Assembly: GCA_016209595.1 (NCBI GenBank)
Contig: JACQVV010000046.1
Coordinates: 1 to 58,943 of the forward strand
Length of the DNA stretch: 58,943 bases
Direction: 5' to 3'
DNA from: Planctomycetota bacterium
GTDB lineage: Bacteria; Planctomycetota; JACQVV01
A model generated the notes under the pieces. The model was not told where the DNA came from and did not search any database. It saw only the letters and a list, made by a program, of their open reading frames with translations. Numbering within the stretch: position 1 is the first letter of the stretch; each line of letters opens with the position of its first letter. Position numbers and translations under genes: made by a program. Positions 54,978-58,943 of this stretch are shown piece by piece.

Positions 54978-57728
54978 GTGTCTACCGACGCCCGATGTCT
55001 TGCCGCTCTCCCTGTCCTCATCCTCTTCGCCGGCCTGCCGGCCCTCGCCCAGGAAACCCCGGCCACCACGCCGGCGGCGCCGCCCGACTTCCCGGCCCTC
55101 ACGGAAGTGACCGCGGGGTTCACGCAGGTCGTCTCGACTGCCGACGGAAAGAGCCTCTACACGCTCTGGAAGAAGGAAGACGACGCGCAGATGATCGCGC
55201 AGCTCCCGGCGGACTACGAGAAGAGGAAGTATTTCATCGCGCTCACCGTCGGGAGCGGAGAGCTCTTCGCCGGCCTCCAGGCGCAGGACATGCTGGTCTA
55301 CTGGAAGCGCTACGGCAAGAGGCTCGCGCTGATCGTGCCCAACCTGGCTGTCCGTTCGACGGGCGATGATGAGTCGAAGCGCTCGGTTCAGCGGCTCTTC
55401 ACCGACAAGGTCCTCGTCGAGATCCCGATCCTCGCCCTCGCTCAGACGCCCGAGCGACAGCCGGTGATCGACCTCGACGAGCTCCTGCTCGGGAACGCGA
55501 CCGCCTTCTTCGGCTCCGGCGTTGCGAACCTCAAGCGGTCCCTCGCGCGGATCAACAAGGCGAAGGCCTTCCCGGAGAACATCGAGGTCGCCTATGAGGT
55601 CCCGATGGCCGACGGGAAGATCAAGATCCTCCACTTCTCGATCAGCGTGATGCCGGAGAACACGGGATACCTGCCTCGCAAGGCCGACTCGCGGGTCGGC
55701 TATTTCGTCACCGGCTACCGGGATCTCGGGAAGTACCAGGACGATGAGGCCTGGGTGAGGTATTCCAACCGCTGGCAGCTCGAAAAGGCCGACCCCTCGC
55801 TCCAGGTGAGCCCGCCGAAGAAACCCATCGTCTTTTACATCGAGCACACGACCCCGATCCGCTACCGGCGCTTCGTGCGCGACGGCGTCCTCTACTGGGA
55901 CGAAGCCTTCGCGAAAATCGGAATCGTGAACGCGATCGAGGTCTACTACCAGGACGCGGCGACCGGGGCCCACATGGACAAGGACCCCGAGGATGTCCGC
56001 TACAACTTCCTCCGGTGGCTCAACAACGACGTCGGCCTCGCGATCGGACCCTCGCGCGTCGATCCCAACACCGGGCAGATCCTCGACGCCGACATCATCC
56101 TGACCGACGGCTGGATCCGGCACTACGAATACCAGTTCAGCCGGGTGGTGCCGAAATTCGCGATGGAGGGGATGGGCGCGGAAACACTCGCCTGGCTCGA
56201 GAGCCGCCCCGGCTGGGACCCCCGGATCCGCTGCGCGAACCCGGCCGAGCGCCGGACAATGCTCGCCGAGCGCGCCCGCCGCGGCGCGCTTCCCCTGGGC
56301 GGTCACCCGCTCGCGAACCTCTCGACCGAACTCCTGGGCGACGACGAGTACGACGGGCTCGTCGGCCGCGTGAGCCAGGTGAACGGGCTCTGCCTCGCCG
56401 CCGAGGGGCGCGCCTTCGACCTCGCGGTGCTCCGGATGCACCTCGACATCGCCGCCGCTGCGGCGCAAGGCGAGGAGATGATCGACGGCATCCCGGTCCG
56501 GTTCATCGGGCCGCTCCTTGCCGAGCTCGTCGCGCACGAGGTCGGCCACACGCTGGGACTCCGCCACAACTTCAAGGCCTCCGGGATCTACTCCTTCGGC
56601 CAGGTGAACAGCGAGGAGATGAAGGAGAAGCCGCTCGCCGGCTCCGTGATGGACTATCTCCCGATCAACATGCGCGCCGGGAAGGACGACTTCCAGGGCC
56701 CGATCACGATGACCGGGATCGGCCCATACGACCACTGGGCGATCGAGTACGGCTACACCTTCGCCACGGACCTCGCTCCGGTGCTCGCCCGTTGCGGAGA
56801 GCCCGAAAACGCCTACGCCACCGACGAGGACACCAGCGGCCCCGACCCGCTCGCGCGCCGCTACGACTTCGCGAAGGACCCGATCGCGTACGCGCAGGAG
56901 CTCGCGGCCCTCTCGAGGTTCCACCGGGAGCATATCCTCGACCGCTACGTCCGGGACGGGGAGAGCTGGGTCAAGGCCCGCGAGGGCTACGAGCTCGGCC
57001 TCGAGCTTCAGACACGGGCCATCTCCATCATGGCGAACTGGCTCGGGGGAACCTTCGTCAGCCGCCACAAGAAGAAGGACTCCGATCGGCCGCCGCTCGA
57101 GGTCGTGGACGCCGACACGCAGCGGAAGGCGCTTGCCTTCGTGATCGAGACCGCCTTCCGCGACGAGTCCTACGGCCTTTCGCCGGAGCTCCTCTCCTAC
57201 CTCTCGGTCGAGAAGTGGTACGACGGCGGCGGATCCGCCTATCTCTCGGAGGACGCGACGTACCCCGTTCACGACCGGATCCTCGCCATCCAGGCTTCGA
57301 CGCTGACGCTCCTCCTCAACCCGACGAGGCTCCGGAGAATCCTGGACGCCGAGGGTCAGGTCCCAGCCGACCGGGACGCGCTGACCTTGCCCGAGCTCCT
57401 CGATTCGATCGCGCAGGAGATCTGGACGGAGAAGAGACAGGCCGCCGACGGAAAGCCGACGCTCCGAAAGCCATGGATCACGAGCCTCCGACGGAACCTC
57501 CAGCGCGAGCACGCGAGCCGCCTGATCGACCTCGCCCTGGAGCCGGGGGACAATGCGGCGATGGAAACGATCCGGAGCCTGGCGAGGCTACAGCTCCGCG
57601 ATCTCACCCGCCGGATCGAATCGACGGGCGCCCTGGAGTCCGCCGACGCGTACACGAGGGCGCACCTGGAAGACATCCGGACGAGGATCGAACGGGCCCT
57701 CGAAGCGAGCTACGTCCTCGAGGACTGA
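54978..57728 (+). CDS. Secreted zinc-dependent metalloprotease (HExxH; DUF5117/DUF4953-type architecture)
   Basis: ORF 54978..57728 (GTG start). Signal peptide LILFAGLPALAQE. Active site LVAHEVGHTLGLRHNF. Confidence 0.8.
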   Translation: MSTDARCLAALPVLILFAGLPALAQETPATTPAAPPDFPALTEVTAGFTQVVSTADGKSLYTLWKKEDDAQMIAQLPADYEKRKYFIALTVGSGELFAGLQAQDMLVYWKRYGKRLALIVPNLAVRSTGDDESKRSVQRLFTDKVLVEIPILALAQTPERQPVIDLDELLLGNATAFFGSGVANLKRSLARINKAKAFPENIEVAYEVPMADGKIKILHFSISVMPENTGYLPRKADSRVGYFVTGYRDLGKYQDDEAWVRYSNRWQLEKADPSLQVSPPKKPIVFYIEHTTPIRYRRFVRDGVLYWDEAFAKIGIVNAIEVYYQDAATGAHMDKDPEDVRYNFLRWLNNDVGLAIGPSRVDPNTGQILDADIILTDGWIRHYEYQFSRVVPKFAMEGMGAETLAWLESRPGWDPRIRCANPAERRTMLAERARRGALPLGGHPLANLSTELLGDDEYDGLVGRVSQVNGLCLAAEGRAFDLAVLRMHLDIAAAAAQGEEMIDGIPVRFIGPLLAELVAHEVGHTLGLRHNFKASGIYSFGQVNSEEMKEKPLAGSVMDYLPINMRAGKDDFQGPITMTGIGPYDHWAIEYGYTFATDLAPVLARCGEPENAYATDEDTSGPDPLARRYDFAKDPIAYAQELAALSRFHREHILDRYVRDGESWVKAREGYELGLELQTRAISIMANWLGGTFVSRHKKKDSDRPPLEVVDADTQRKALAFVIETAFRDESYGLSPELLSYLSVEKWYDGGGSAYLSEDATYPVHDRILAIQASTLTLLLNPTRLRRILDAEGQVPADRDALTLPELLDSIAQEIWTEKRQAADGKPTLRKPWITSLRRNLQREHASRLIDLALEPGDNAAMETIRSLARLQLRDLTRRIESTGALESADAYTRAHLEDIRTRIERALEASYVLED

Positions 57729-57747
57729 AGCCAGGAGCGCGTTACCC

Positions 57748-58943
57748 GTGCCGGTCGCGGGCGGGGGAGAGGGCGAGCATCCCCTCGAACTCTCCCCCCA
57801 GGCGATGCGCCGCCTCGTCGACCTCGCGATGGAGCGGATCGTCCCCTTCGTGGAGTCGCTCCCCCGCCAGAAGGCGTCGAACCTGGAAAGGGCGGACGAG
57901 GCCGCCCGCGCCGTCGCCCAGGAGCTTCCCGAGAAGGGGCGAGAGCTCGCGAAGGTCCTCGGTCTCCTCTTCGACCAGGCCGTCCCCAAGGGCTTCGGCA
58001 CCGCGGGGCCCGGCTACCTCGCCTATATCCCGGGGGGAGGGCTCTTCCAGTCCGCCGTCGCCGACCTCATCGGCGATACCGTCAATCGCTTTGTCCCCCT
58101 CTGGGCCGCCGCTCCCGGCCTCGCCACGATCGAGGCCGACGTCGTCCGCTGGTTCGCGAGAATCGTCGGCTACCCTCCACAAGCCCGCGGGTATCTCACG
58201 AGCGGCGGCTCGCTCGCGAACTTCGGCGCCCTCTTCGCAGCCCGCAAGGAGCGCCTCGGCGACGATCTCGCCTCGGCAACGATCTACGCCTCGGACCAGA
58301 CGCACCACTCGATCTTGCGGGCCGCGATCCTCGCCGGCTTCCCGGAGGCGAGCGGACGCGAGATCCCCTCGGACGGCCGGTTCCGGATCCGGCTCGACCT
58401 TCTCGCGGAAACGATCCGAGGCGACCGCGCCGCGGGTCGCCGCCCCTTCCTCGTCGTCGGGAACGCCGGAACCACGAACACCGGCGCGGTCGACGACCTC
58501 CCGGCGCTCGCGGAGCTCGCGGCTCGCGAGGGGCTCTGGCTCCACGCCGACGCCGCCTACGGTGGCTTCTTTCTTCTCACCGACCGCGGGAGGCGAGCGC
58601 TCGCCGGGATCGAGCGAGCCGACTCGGTCGTCCTCGACCCGCACAAGGGGCTCTTCCTGCCCTATGGGACGGGGGCGCTCCTCGTCCGGGACGGCGAGGT
58701 GCTCCGGCGGGCGCACGCGGTTCGTGCCGACTACCTCCCGGCGATGGCTCCGGAAGAGGAGAAAGTCGACTTCTGTCAAATCTCCCCCGAACTCTCCCGC
58801 GGCTTTCGCGGGCTCCGTGTCTGGCTCCCCTTCCTCATGCACGGGGCCGGCGCGTTCCGGCGCGAGCTCGACGAGAAGCTCGACCTCGCGCTGTGGGCCG
58901 AGAGCGAGCTCCGGCGGATCCCGGGGATCGAGATCGTCGCCGC
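57748..58943 (+). CDS. PLP-dependent group II amino-acid decarboxylase, 3' end runs off the right edge
   Basis: Own translation from GTG 57748 (AGGAG 10 nt upstream). Contains GPGYLAYIPGGG, TSGGSLANF, SDQTHHSILRAA, HADAAYGG and LDPHKGLFLPYGTG. No stop before 58943, so it is absent from the ORF track. Confidence 0.8.
   Translation, partial: MPVAGGGEGEHPLELSPQAMRRLVDLAMERIVPFVESLPRQKASNLERADEAARAVAQELPEKGRELAKVLGLLFDQAVPKGFGTAGPGYLAYIPGGGLFQSAVADLIGDTVNRFVPLWAAAPGLATIEADVVRWFARIVGYPPQARGYLTSGGSLANFGALFAARKERLGDDLASATIYASDQTHHSILRAAILAGFPEASGREIPSDGRFRIRLDLLAETIRGDRAAGRRPFLVVGNAGTTNTGAVDDLPALAELAAREGLWLHADAAYGGFFLLTDRGRRALAGIERADSVVLDPHKGLFLPYGTGALLVRDGEVLRRAHAVRADYLPAMAPEEEKVDFCQISPELSRGFRGLRVWLPFLMHGAGAFRRELDEKLDLALWAESELRRIPGIEIVA

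Noticed and set aside
1-58943. Mobile elements, prophage, CRISPR-Cas, toxin-antitoxin or known defence systems
   Set aside because: No transposase, integrase, recombinase, Cas or phage structural motifs were seen in any frame. The only mobility-like signals are the inverted repeats at 49790 and 50899 and the compositional dips reported above.

Overview
High-GC (about 70 %) bacterial chromosomal window, almost fully coding: about 40 supportable CDS, one tRNA and no rRNA, CRISPR array, transposase or integrase. Most long ORFs in the track are antisense or shadow ORFs typical of high-GC DNA. I called genes from recognisable motifs and from 1-4 nt start/stop overlaps (ATGA, GTGA). Two real genes run off the window edges, so they are absent from the ORF track: mglA on the left and a PLP-dependent decarboxylase on the right. 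Left to right: (1) an mglA-mglB polarity GTPase operon extended by a TPR/split-Roadblock protein and a large PATAN(DUF4388)-TPR-TM-beta-propeller protein. (2) A GT-C glycosyltransferase, a Uma2 nuclease, recO and an epimerase broken by an in-frame TAG. (3) A Upf1/IGHMBP2-like helicase. (4) A purine-oxidation cluster: three-subunit xanthine-dehydrogenase-family enzyme plus a PuuD-like membrane urate hydroxylase whose usual cytochrome c domain appears replaced by a blue-copper domain. (5) An aminotransferase, FHA-Ser/Thr kinase and glnA. (6) Pyrimidine genes in two blocks (carAB; pyrC-pyrR-pyrB) separated by a low-GC HEAT-repeat gene and a kinase-TPR gene. (7) A stand-alone EF-G, a PtsN-like EIIA and a kinase with a roughly 140-aa (DADG)n tail. 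(8) A NarL-type two-component system with a PhnD-like binding protein, divergent from a two-gene porin-cytochrome module (lipoprotein decaheme cytochrome plus MtrB/PioB-like barrel) and a parvulin lipoprotein flanked by inverted repeats. (9) tRNA-Glu(CUC). (10) A radical-SAM/SPASM enzyme translationally coupled to an unknown membrane protein, then a deoxynucleoside kinase, a secreted Zn-metalloprotease and a decarboxylase. The best candidates for undescribed biology are the porin-cytochrome module, the copper-type PuuD fusion, the extended MglAB operon and the radical-SAM pair. All functional calls rest on motif recognition by eye; no database search was run.
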